From NCBI GenBank assembly GCA_963666835.2, contig CAXXGO010000003.1:320001-384000 (forward strand): 64,000 bases of DNA. Reading direction: 5' to 3'. The notes below the pieces were generated by a model that saw only the letters and a list, made by a program, of their open reading frames with translations, was not told where the DNA came from and ran no database searches. The DNA comes from Phycisphaerae bacterium (GTDB lineage Bacteria; Planctomycetota; Phycisphaerae; UBA1845). A program made the translations under genes and the position numbers. Within the stretch, counting starts at the first letter, position 1. Every line of letters starts with the position of its first letter. Shown in pieces: positions 10,305 through 19,115 of the stretch.

Positions 10305-10643
10305 ATGGATCAGAAGAACTTCGTAATCGGCATCCTATCAACGACCGCCGTCATTCTATTCGTCGGCGTGATGATTATTCATACGCAATCGACACCTGCG
10401 GTTGCCTCCGGACTTACCGCGACGAGCGGCACGTACGTTCTGACCGTCGGTACGTTCACGCGTAACGATGAGGAGCTGGTCTACGTTATCGACGCTGAGC
10501 AGGCCAAGATGATCGTCTACCGCTTCGACACCGGCAAAGGACAGATCGAAACGGCCGACGCCATAGACCTGGCCGAGATGCGCGCCGCCGGCGCAGCGCC
10601 GGCAGCCAAGACGTCAACGTCCCAAAGAGGCCGCAGGCCGTAG
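10305..10643 (+). CDS. Small membrane-anchored or secreted hypothetical protein, probable paralog of the upstream gene
   Basis: N-terminal hydrophobic helix, LVYVID motif. Confidence 0.7.
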   Translation: MDQKNFVIGILSTTAVILFVGVMIIHTQSTPAVASGLTATSGTYVLTVGTFTRNDEELVYVIDAEQAKMIVYRFDTGKGQIETADAIDLAEMRAAGAAPAAKTSTSQRGRRP

Positions 10644-10937
10644 AGGGCTAGTTGCGGTCGGACGTTTGTTGAGTGTCGCGGCTTCAGACAGAGATGGATG
10701 TCCGTCCTTGAGAACCGATTCGTTAGGCGGGCTGTCCGTGCGCCGTCTCGTCTATCCACGTGAGGGTCCACAGATGTGGAGATTGCTACCGCTGCGCGGC
10801 CCTCCGGAAACGGCCAATCTTGTGCAAGAAGAAGACGGTCCAGGCCTTTCGGATGGAGCCTGCAACGTCGTGACCGCTTCCCCCGTTGACGGTGTGGGCG
10901 TCATCCCACCGCCAAGCCCGGTCGCACATGGCGAGGG

Positions 10938-11078
10938 CTAGCCGACCGCGTTGGTGCTGAGATCCAGCCCATCGGGATCATCATACACATCTTCCGCGGG
11001 ATCGATCCAGAAGTCGAGGATTCCGGATGCTTCGACAACGTTCATCTGATCCTGCGTATCCACGTCTGACGGGGGCAT
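10938..11078 (-). CDS. Small acidic protein, antitoxin-like
   Basis: GGAGA RBS; 46 aa, very acidic, SGILDFWIDPAEDVY. Confidence 0.45.
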   Translation of the reverse strand: MPPSDVDTQDQMNVVEASGILDFWIDPAEDVYDDPDGLDLSTNAVG

Positions 11079-11167
11079 TGTTGTTTCTCCTACCCCTATA
11101 TTAGCGGATTCCCTGGGTCCGGAGCAATTAGGAATCCGCCTCTCGAACGCTCTTCGCACGACGTAAG

Positions 11168-11803
11168 TCATCGAGATTCCCCGAATCCCGATTTCGAGAT
11201 AGCATCCACAATGTCCTCAGCTGTGCAAAGTGCTTCTGGCACTAGGTCAGATTCAAACAACAGGTAGCCATCCCTTGAGACATCAGCGGGCTTAATCCGC
11301 TCAACGGCCCGTTCTACCGCAGCAGGATGGCGGGTCTTGGCCACATTGCCCCAGGAGTGCACGATGCAGTTCCTGAGCGCGATTAAATCGTGGAACTTGT
11401 ACAAGTCGTTTCGTATCGCGCCCGGGTCGAATGCGCCAGACTCGGAAAGAACGCGAACGTGTATGCGGAGCCAGTTGTCCTTCCTCTTGAGGGCCTTGAT
11501 TCTCGCGTCGTAATCCGAAACGAGGACTTTCGTGATGGCCTTCACGGCTTCCTCCAGAAACGAGCACGCACCGACGAGCATCGTGTAGCGGAACGTGTTT
11601 CCGACTACATACTCGATATGGTGGATCATCCTGCCAACGGCAGGATCGGACTTATCGAACTCTCCGCTGTCGATCCTCCTGCAGAGGTCCGCTTCATCAT
11701 CTCGGAGTTTGCTTTCGATTTCGGCGTTGCACCGAGCCAGGTGGTCGAACCGCCGACGGAAGTAGTCACCAAGTTCACGTTGGTAAGTCTCGGGAATGGT
11801 CAT
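11168..11803 (-). CDS. Hypothetical protein with a HEPN-like RxxxxH motif
   Basis: GGAG RBS; helical protein with SFLEE and LRNCIVH. Confidence 0.65.
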   Translation of the reverse strand: MTIPETYQRELGDYFRRRFDHLARCNAEIESKLRDDEADLCRRIDSGEFDKSDPAVGRMIHHIEYVVGNTFRYTMLVGACSFLEEAVKAITKVLVSDYDARIKALKRKDNWLRIHVRVLSESGAFDPGAIRNDLYKFHDLIALRNCIVHSWGNVAKTRHPAAVERAVERIKPADVSRDGYLLFESDLVPEALCTAEDIVDAISKSGFGESR

Positions 11804-12011
11804 TTCAACTCCATTCGCATGTTCAATGGGGCTTGACTCAATCAACTTGACCCACGAAACGCCGACCTGGGGCATCCGCTAGGATGTTGGGGGCGTTTCC
11901 GAACACGGTTCGACAATCCGTGGCACGTAGCCTTACATGACATCCCAGAGACTACCATCCGGCAACGGACGCGTCACGTGCGTGCTCCGGGCGCTGCCTA
12001 GGCCACGCCCA

Positions 12012-12039
12012 ATGCAACATAACATATATTATCGGACGT
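12012..12039 (-). other. dif-like XerC/XerD recombination site
   Basis: Minus strand ACGTCCGATAA-TATATG-TTATGTTGCAT, 11-6-11 layout like E. coli dif GGTGCGCATAA-TGTATA-TTATGTTAAAT. Confidence 0.7.
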
Positions 12040-12135
12040 CCGACATCTTGTACCGGGGGGGGCTTCGGATGACTTGCAGAGGCACGATCGTGCCCGTTCT
12101 GTCGAACAGTAGGTTTCGAATGATCGTCAGCCGCC

Positions 12136-13290
12136 TTATGACGGTGACTTGCTGGCCGATTGATGGCGTTGGGCCAACTCTGAGAGGCCGTCGTCGATAG
12201 CCTTCACGGCCGCGTCGGCTCCGAAGCGGGCTTCGAGCGAGGAACGGAGTCTCTCTCGCGTATCGGGCGGCAGCAACATACGCCCGGCGACCAGATCGCT
12301 CAGACGATCGAAGAGCGTATCGTCGGTCGGGTACAGACAAGATTGGTGAAGGTCGGCCGGGATAAGTTCCGGATACGCCAGGCGGTTCGGCAGCAGCGGC
12401 TGGCAACCGGCCAGGATCGCCTCGACGACGGCTATCCCGAAGTTCTCCTGGATTGCGGTGCTGACCACGATATCACTGCGACGCAGCATGTTCAGGTAGT
12501 CGGTGCGGCTTGGGAGGTAGCCGGCGTGGATGATGTGACGTTCCAGGCGGTTCCAGGAATCGGCGAATACCGGCGGGGCGGTTCGAAACTGTTCGCCAAC
12601 CAGGATTACGCCATACGAAAACCCCCTGTCTGCAAGACGGATCAGGGCCTCAAAGAACGGTTCGGGGTTTTTGTCGTATTCCCAGCGGTGTGGCCAGAGG
12701 ATGGTGAGCGGCGAATCGGGGGTTTTGGCAGAACGAGTTGCGAATTCGACGGCCACCGGCGGGGGGCGAACATCGCTCTTGGCGTGGATGGTCTCGATGA
12801 CCTCGGAGGGCACGAAATCGGGCATCTTGGCGAGTAGCCCCCCCGCCGCTTGGAGAAACTCGTTTCGGTGAAACGATGAGTTAAACCAGACCGCGTCGGC
12901 CGCGAGGCACGAGGTTATGTTGGTCATGCCGTATTGATAGTCGCGTTGTTGCTCGTCGGGAATCGGATACGTCAGTTGGTTCTCGTGGAAATAGCAGGCC
13001 ATCGGGATATTGCGACACGCCGATGGCAGTAAGGCTCGCAGATCAGCCACGGCCAGCATGTCATTGCACAGGATTACGTCGACCGGAGCACCGTCTTTAG
13101 CGGTAAGCCAGCCGTTATCTTCACGAGCAAACCAGGTTGCGGCGCCGCGCATGCGCCATTTCCATTTACGCGCGGGCAAACCGGCAACCGTAACCCGATG
13201 ACGGCTGCGCTCGACAAACACATCGACAAACGCCGCGTGCGATCCGCCGTAATACGGCTCCAGGACGGCCACGGCGAGCCTGTCGTCCAT
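12136..13290 (-). CDS. DUF3524-containing GT-B glycosyltransferase (GTDC1-like)
   Basis: EPYYGGSH, LPARKWKWRMRG, YFHENQLTYP, WPHRWEYDKNP, QENFGIAVVEA. Confidence 0.85.
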   Translation of the reverse strand: MDDRLAVAVLEPYYGGSHAAFVDVFVERSRHRVTVAGLPARKWKWRMRGAATWFAREDNGWLTAKDGAPVDVILCNDMLAVADLRALLPSACRNIPMACYFHENQLTYPIPDEQQRDYQYGMTNITSCLAADAVWFNSSFHRNEFLQAAGGLLAKMPDFVPSEVIETIHAKSDVRPPPVAVEFATRSAKTPDSPLTILWPHRWEYDKNPEPFFEALIRLADRGFSYGVILVGEQFRTAPPVFADSWNRLERHIIHAGYLPSRTDYLNMLRRSDIVVSTAIQENFGIAVVEAILAGCQPLLPNRLAYPELIPADLHQSCLYPTDDTLFDRLSDLVAGRMLLPPDTRERLRSSLEARFGADAAVKAIDDGLSELAQRHQSASKSPS

Positions 13291-13368
13291 TCCCGGTTCC
13301 TCTATAATGAAGGCCTTTTCGGCCGCGCCCCAACGGTTGTAACCCCCCTGCCGAATCCGCTTAGAAGC

Positions 13369-13947
13369 CTACTCGGGCACCTTAGGCTGAGGTCGCCGGC
13401 GCGAATCGCGCACCAGCGGTCCGACGGCCATTGCCACCAGGATCAGGTTGCGTCCGCCGCGCGTCAACTCGTAGAGATCACGTTGCTTGGGACGAATCAG
13501 GCCCGCCAGGCGTAGTTCATTGATGTGATGATAAAGGGGCCCGGGTTTCAGCTTGGTGATCCGCGCAAGGGTACGGTAGATGGCCGGCCCTTCCAGCAGC
13601 TTCTGCATCAGCTTCGCCCGCATGGGGTGTCCAAGCCCGGCGAGAGCACGACAGGTCGTCGCCGAAACGCCTGGTTTCCCCCCTACCGCTCTTTTGGTTG
13701 ATGTAATCTGCTGTTGCTCGACGGCCTCGTCCCACTGCCCTTTTGTCTGCTCGCCGACAACGATCGCAACGCCGCACCCGTCGTTATTTCTCAACGCCGG
13801 AAAGGTCCAACCCGGTCTCGGCGATCGCAGTCTGCCGGTTTTCTTTGCGTTGGGGGTAGTGCCGGCTTTCCTGCGTGGAGGCGAGGTCGTCAAAGACTGT
13901 TTTCGGCGGGTCTTTGCGGGCGGTTTCCGCGTCTTTTTCGTTGGCAT
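13369..13947 (-). CDS. Winged-helix (ArsR-like) regulator with a basic low-complexity N-terminus
   Basis: LAGLGHPMRAKL..LLEGP...GPLYHHINELRLAGLI...YELT; GAGGAG RBS. Confidence 0.75.
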   Translation of the reverse strand: MPTKKTRKPPAKTRRKQSLTTSPPRRKAGTTPNAKKTGRLRSPRPGWTFPALRNNDGCGVAIVVGEQTKGQWDEAVEQQQITSTKRAVGGKPGVSATTCRALAGLGHPMRAKLMQKLLEGPAIYRTLARITKLKPGPLYHHINELRLAGLIRPKQRDLYELTRGGRNLILVAMAVGPLVRDSRRRPQPKVPE

Positions 13948-14052
13948 AAGTTCAACTCCTCGGCATCGTGCGAAAGCCCCGGGGCACTTAACCCGGTGCC
14001 CCATTCATGCGCTGGTCAAAAGCAGTGGCGTACCCGACCGGATAATATAATT

Positions 14053-14086
14053 TAATACTAGTATTACACTATACTATAATACTAGT
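14053..14086. promoter_or_regulatory. Putative operator upstream of the wHTH gene
   Basis: Perfect 14-bp palindrome TAATACTAGTATTA (14053-14066) and a second TAATACTAGT (14077-14086) in an AT-rich patch. Confidence 0.6.
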
Positions 14087-14172
14087 GCAAAGACAAACGG
14101 TTGCACCGAAGGGATCCTACCCGCGATTGTGCGCCGGGACGTACCGATTCCACCGGACAGATTCAGAACCAA

Positions 14173-14889
14173 TCAGTTGCGAGGGTCCTTTCGTAACATC
14201 TCACGGGTGGACAAAATGATGTCCACCGCCTGGGTAGTGGAAAGACGCTCCAGGTTGATCGTAAGGTCGTGCCGGGTGGCGTCAGCGTTCTCGACCCGAA
14301 AATGCCGCTTGAGGAAGTCTCGGCGCTCGTTCTCGATTCGCGCCAGGCGCTCGCGCGCTGCTTCTACCGATACGCCGTGCTCTCCGGCGAACCGGGCCAG
14401 CCGCATATCCAGCGGCGCCACAAGGCGCACGCGAAAGCCGTACTGTGCCGGCAGAATCAGATGCACGCCGCGCCCCAGGAACACCGAGTGCCCCTGCCTT
14501 GCCAGCGACAAGACGCTCTGAGTAAGACGATGAAAGTAGTCGTTTCGGACGAAATCCGGCTGGAGCAGGACGCGAAGGGTCTCTTCGCTCCAGCTTGTGT
14601 CGCGCTCATCCATGGAGGCGTAGACCTGGCGGCGTAGCGAATCATCGCCGGCCATGGCGTCCAGAATCTCCTTATCAAAGACCGGCCAGCCCAGAGTCGC
14701 TCCGAGTTGGGCGGCGACCTCGCGCCCCCCCGCCCCTACCGCTCTGGATATGGCTATGAAATCCTCGACCTCTTCACGTTCCGGTTCCGGCACGGCTCCC
14801 CGTTGGGCCTTGGCCAGCTCCCAGTTGCGCATTTGTTTCTCTACGAGGGCAGCAAGGGCGGAGTGGCTCGACGCTCCTTTGGCGGACAT
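14173..14889 (-). CDS. Cytidylate kinase-like family protein
   Basis: IAISRAVGAGG..VA..LG..LGWPVFDKEIL, VFLGRG, RVRLVAP, DLTIN. Confidence 0.85.
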   Translation of the reverse strand: MSAKGASSHSALAALVEKQMRNWELAKAQRGAVPEPEREEVEDFIAISRAVGAGGREVAAQLGATLGWPVFDKEILDAMAGDDSLRRQVYASMDERDTSWSEETLRVLLQPDFVRNDYFHRLTQSVLSLARQGHSVFLGRGVHLILPAQYGFRVRLVAPLDMRLARFAGEHGVSVEAARERLARIENERRDFLKRHFRVENADATRHDLTINLERLSTTQAVDIILSTREMLRKDPRN

Positions 14890-14993
14890 GGTATCTCTCC
14901 TCTGATTCCGGAAATGCAGAAGACCGTAGACCTACTGCCTAACATCAAACAACACGGTAGCAAGTGCCAGGCGGGTTGGCAATGCACACAATG

Positions 14994-15025
14994 AAGCGGC
15001 CGGCCCGTTTCGGAGCCGGCCGCTT
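14994..15025. terminator. GC-rich hairpin downstream of PFOR, probable terminator
   Basis: AAGCGGCCGGC-N10-GCCGGCCGCTT inverted repeat; U tract is weak. Confidence 0.55.
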
Positions 15026-15103
15026 GACGACTTCAATCGTGATGACGTTCTGGGAGCGGACGTCAGCTTCCGGCGCCGCCTTTTGCTTTAAGCGATCGCC
15101 GCC

Positions 15104-18100
15104 CTACTTGTTTTCTGCATAGGGTTGGGCGCGCCGCTCGTATTCCTGATACCGCCGGTCAACTACTGACTGAGCATGCTCTGCTAGAGCGGCCGCCCGT
15201 TCCGGCTGGTTCTTCATGAGCATCTTGAACCGGTTCTCCGTTTCCATGTACTCCTTAATCGGGGTTATCGGAGCTTTGGAATCGAGCTGCAAGGGGTTGA
15301 GCCCCTGTGATATCCGGCGCGGGTCGTAACGGTACAACGGCCAATGCCCGCTTTCCACTGCGGCCTTCTGCTGGTGCAACCCGTGCCGCATGTTGATGCC
15401 GTGGGCAATGCAGTGCGAGTAGGCAATAACCAACGACGGCCCATTGTAGCTCTCAGCTTCGACGATGGCCTTGACGGCGTGATTGTCGTTCGCCCCCAAT
15501 GAGATCTGGGTGACGTAGGCGCTGCCGTAGGTCATCGCGATCATACCGAGGTCTTTCTTGCCCGCCGGTTTCCCGCCGGCCGCGAACTTGGCCACCGCTC
15601 CCATCGGGGTGGCCTTCGACATCTGCCCCCCGGTGTTGGAGTAGACTTCCGTATCCAGCACGAGCAGGTTGACGTTGCGTTGGGACGCCAGCACATGATC
15701 GAGTCCGCCGAACCCAATGTCGTACGCCCAGCCGTCGCCGCCGCACCCCCAGACGCTTCGATGGATCAGGTTATCCGCCACGGCCGCAAGATCGAGACAC
15801 TCCGGGGTGCCAAGCTTCTGCAGCTTGTCTTTCAGTTGGGCAACTCGCTCACGTTGGGCAATGATGCCGGCTTCGCCGACTTGGTCCGCGTCGAGAATAG
15901 CTCTAGCCAGGTCGCTACCGATCTGGTCGGCGAGTTTCTCGGTCAGCTCGCGGGCATACTCGGCTTGCTTGTCGATGGACAGCCGGAACCCCAGGGCGAA
16001 CTCGGCCGCATCCTCGAAAAGCGAGTTGGACCAAGTGGGCCCGTGCCCGTCGTTGTTCGTCGTCCACGGCGTCGTCGGCAGGTTGCCGCCGTAGATCGAT
16101 GAACAACCGGTGGCATTCCCGATCACGGCTCGGTCTCCGAAGAGCTGGCTGATCAGCTTTACGTAGGCCGTCTCGCCGCAGCCGGCACAAGCCCCGGAAT
16201 ACTCGAAGAGCGGCTCCAGCAACTGCGACCCTTTGACGGTAGCCAGTTTCAAGGCGCCGCGATCAAACTCCGGCAAGCCGAGGAAGAATCGGTAGTTCTC
16301 CCTCTCCGCTTCCCGCAGCGGTGGTTGCGGAGCCATGTAAATGGCCTTACGCGTCGGCTCGGCCTTGTTCTTGGCCGGGCAGATTTCGACGCAGGTCCCG
16401 CAGCCGGTGCAGTCCTCCGGAGCGATCTGCAGGGTGAACTGCTTATCCTTGAACTCCGGACCGCGGGCCGCGACGGATTTGAAAGACTCAGGTGCTCCGG
16501 CCGAGGCAGACGGATCGTAGATCTTCGCCCGAATAGCCGCGTGCGGGCACACGATGGAACACTTGCAGCACTGGATGCACGTCTCAGCATCCCAGACGGG
16601 CATCTCCAGAGCGATATTGCGTTTCTCCCACTTCGTCGTGCCAGTTGGGAACGTGCCGTCGACAGGCATCGCACTGACCGGCAGCGAATCGCCATTGCCG
16701 GAGATCATCTTGGCCAGCACATCGCGAACGAAGGCCGGCGACTCTTCGGCAACAACCGGAGGTCGGTGGTGCTTGCTGGTTACCTTGTCCGGGATCTTCA
16801 CCTCGAACAGGTTGGCAAGCGTGCCGTCTACGGCCGCGTAGTTCTTCTGAACAACCGCTTCGCCCTTCTTACCGTAGGTCTTGTAGATGGCCTCCTTGAT
16901 TTTCGCGATGGCTTCGTCGCGCGGCAGAACCCCGGAGATGGCGAAGAAGCAGGTCTGCATAATCGTATTGATCCGAGCGCCCATGCCTGTTTCCTTGGCG
17001 ACCTTGTACGCATCGATTACGTACAACTTCATCCGCTTGTTGATGAGCTGCTCTTGGACCTCGATCGGCAGCGTATCCCAGACTTCGTCCGGCCCGGCAA
17101 GGTTGTTCAAGAGGAACGTCCCGCCTTCAGTTGCACAGGCGAGCATGTCGTAGCGATCGAGGAAGACCTGCTGGTGGCAGGCGACGAAGCTGGCCCGCTG
17201 CAGCAAATAGCTGGACCTGATCGGCTTCTTGCCGAACCGCAGGTGGGATACGGTCACCGCTCCGGCCTTCTTTGAATCGTAGACGAAGTAACCTTGAGCG
17301 TAGTTGTCCGTGCCCTCGCCGATGATCTTCACGGAGTTCTTGTTCGCACCGACGGTGCCATCCGAACCGAGACCGAAGAACATGGCCTGCACGGCATCTT
17401 CATCTTCGGTAACAAACCCGGGGTCGTAGTCGATGGAACAATGAGAGACGTCATCCTCGATGCCGACTGCGAAGTGGTTCTTAGGTTTATCCTTGGCCAG
17501 TTCGTCGAAGACTCCCTTGGCCATCGCAGGCGTGAAGTCCTTGGAGGACAGTCCATATCGTCCTCCGACAATCCGCGGCATTGCGGCGAACCGCGCGCCA
17601 GGAGCGGCCATGTGTTCGATCAGAGCCGTGGCCACATCCTGATAAAGCGGCTCACCGGACGCCCCCGGCTCCTTCGTGCGATCGAGCACTCCGATGATCT
17701 TCGTCGTCTTCGGCAGGGCTGCGACAAACCGCTCCGAGTCGAACGGTCGGTACAAGCGGACCTTCAACATGCCGACCTTCTCGCCCTTAGCGGCGAGCAC
17801 ATCGATCGTCTCGTGAACGGATCCCGCTCCGGACCCCATAATGACGACAACACGTTCGGCGTCGGGAGCGCCAACGTAGTCGAAAAGGTGGTACTGCCGC
17901 CCCACCAGCTTGGCGAACTGGTCCATGGCGTCCTGCACCAAGCCCGGACAACGGGCGTAATACGTATTCATCGCCTCGCGAGCCTGGAAGAACACGTCAG
18001 GGTTCTGCGCTGTCCCGCGGAGGATGGGGCGCTCCGGGTTCATCGCCCGCTCGCGGTGCTCCCTGACGAGCTTGTCGTCGATCATAGCCCGCATGTCATC

Positions 18101-18664
18101 GTGGCTTAGCATTTCCGCCTTCGTCACCTCGTGCGACATCCGGAACCCTTCGAAGAAATGCACGAAGGGGATCCGCGAGGCGAGAGTTGCCGAATGGGCA
18201 ATCAGGCCGAGGTCCATTACTTCTTGAACCGTACCGGAAGCCAGCAATGCGAAGCCGGTCGACCTGGCAGCGGCGATGTCGCTGTGGTCGCCGAAGATGG
18301 ACAGCGCATGCGTAGCGACCGTCCGCGCCGATACATGGAAGACCGTCGGAGTGAGCTCTCCGGCAATCTTGAACATGTTTGGGATCATCAGGAGGAGGCC
18401 TTGCGACGCCGTAAACGTGGTTGACAACGCTCCGGTCTGCAAAGCGCCGTGTACAGCCGCGGCGGCTCCCGCCTCGCTCTGCATCTCGGTTACGCTTGGG
18501 ACGCTTCCCCAGATGTTCTTCTTACCCTGGGCTGACCACTCGTCCGCCCATTCACCCATGCCGGAACTTGGTGTAATTGGGTAAATTGCGATAGCCTCGC
18601 TGACGCTGTGCGCCACGTAAGCCGCCGCTTCGTTTCCGTCTATCGTCGCAATCGCTCTGGCCAT
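15104..18664 (-). CDS. nifJ: Pyruvate:ferredoxin (flavodoxin) oxidoreductase, single chain
   Basis: DGNEAAA, YPITPSS, MQSEAGAA, GLGSDGTVGANKN, two CxxCxxCxxxCP motifs, GACAGCGET, GGDGWAYDIG. Confidence 0.96.
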   Translation of the reverse strand: MARAIATIDGNEAAAYVAHSVSEAIAIYPITPSSGMGEWADEWSAQGKKNIWGSVPSVTEMQSEAGAAAAVHGALQTGALSTTFTASQGLLLMIPNMFKIAGELTPTVFHVSARTVATHALSIFGDHSDIAAARSTGFALLASGTVQEVMDLGLIAHSATLASRIPFVHFFEGFRMSHEVTKAEMLSHDDMRAMIDDKLVREHRERAMNPERPILRGTAQNPDVFFQAREAMNTYYARCPGLVQDAMDQFAKLVGRQYHLFDYVGAPDAERVVVIMGSGAGSVHETIDVLAAKGEKVGMLKVRLYRPFDSERFVAALPKTTKIIGVLDRTKEPGASGEPLYQDVATALIEHMAAPGARFAAMPRIVGGRYGLSSKDFTPAMAKGVFDELAKDKPKNHFAVGIEDDVSHCSIDYDPGFVTEDEDAVQAMFFGLGSDGTVGANKNSVKIIGEGTDNYAQGYFVYDSKKAGAVTVSHLRFGKKPIRSSYLLQRASFVACHQQVFLDRYDMLACATEGGTFLLNNLAGPDEVWDTLPIEVQEQLINKRMKLYVIDAYKVAKETGMGARINTIMQTCFFAISGVLPRDEAIAKIKEAIYKTYGKKGEAVVQKNYAAVDGTLANLFEVKIPDKVTSKHHRPPVVAEESPAFVRDVLAKMISGNGDSLPVSAMPVDGTFPTGTTKWEKRNIALEMPVWDAETCIQCCKCSIVCPHAAIRAKIYDPSASAGAPESFKSVAARGPEFKDKQFTLQIAPEDCTGCGTCVEICPAKNKAEPTRKAIYMAPQPPLREAERENYRFFLGLPEFDRGALKLATVKGSQLLEPLFEYSGACAGCGETAYVKLISQLFGDRAVIGNATGCSSIYGGNLPTTPWTTNNDGHGPTWSNSLFEDAAEFALGFRLSIDKQAEYARELTEKLADQIGSDLARAILDADQVGEAGIIAQRERVAQLKDKLQKLGTPECLDLAAVADNLIHRSVWGCGGDGWAYDIGFGGLDHVLASQRNVNLLVLDTEVYSNTGGQMSKATPMGAVAKFAAGGKPAGKKDLGMIAMTYGSAYVTQISLGANDNHAVKAIVEAESYNGPSLVIAYSHCIAHGINMRHGLHQQKAAVESGHWPLYRYDPRRISQGLNPLQLDSKAPITPIKEYMETENRFKMLMKNQPERAAALAEHAQSVVDRRYQEYERRAQPYAENK

Positions 18665-18824
18665 AATGATCCGTCCTAAACCAGGACCCTGTTGAAAAGA
18701 TAACCACGCCTGAGGCTTACGCTGGTTGATCGACCAAACCGCCGCCTGGGGCCCCGTCACCTCATGGATAGGCTGGAATTCCCTACCGGCGCAAACCAAC
18801 CACCGTGCACCGATAACCAAGCTT

Positions 18825-18840
18825 AGCAAATGCCGTTCCA
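18825..18840 (-). promoter_or_regulatory. Sigma54 (-24/-12) promoter for PFOR
   Basis: TGGAACG-GCAT-TTGCT vs consensus TGGCACG-N4-TTGCW: one mismatch, correct spacing. Confidence 0.7.
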
Positions 18841-19115
18841 GATCACCAGTATGGCCATGTTTTCATGCCCTGGTTTATTTCGAGGGCCCGCTCTCACCGC
18901 CCCCCTCTGAGGGATCTTGTCACGCTGGCGACCGATTTGCTGCCCGCCGGAAGTGTCGTAAAAGCGTCCGGAATCCGGTACAATTGGCGTTTTCGAGGGC
19001 ATACTAAGCTCATGGCCGGCGCTGGCAGAATGTCGCTCGGGCGACCTCTTGAAGAGGGGCCGGGGTGGAGATGCGAAAAAGACCGGGCGCGGCGTAATCA
19101 AGGAGTCCGGATTCG

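Noticed and set aside
10700..10730. GTTAGGC (GTTRRRY) as a possible integron attC core
   Set aside because: I could not find the complementary RYYYAAC end forming a full attC hairpin, and there is no integrase in the window.
14035..14062. Second dif-like site (CGACCGGATAA-TATAAT-TTAATACTAGT) that would pair with 12012-12039
   Set aside because: The XerD-side arm lacks the TTATGT core and is better explained as part of the palindromic operator.
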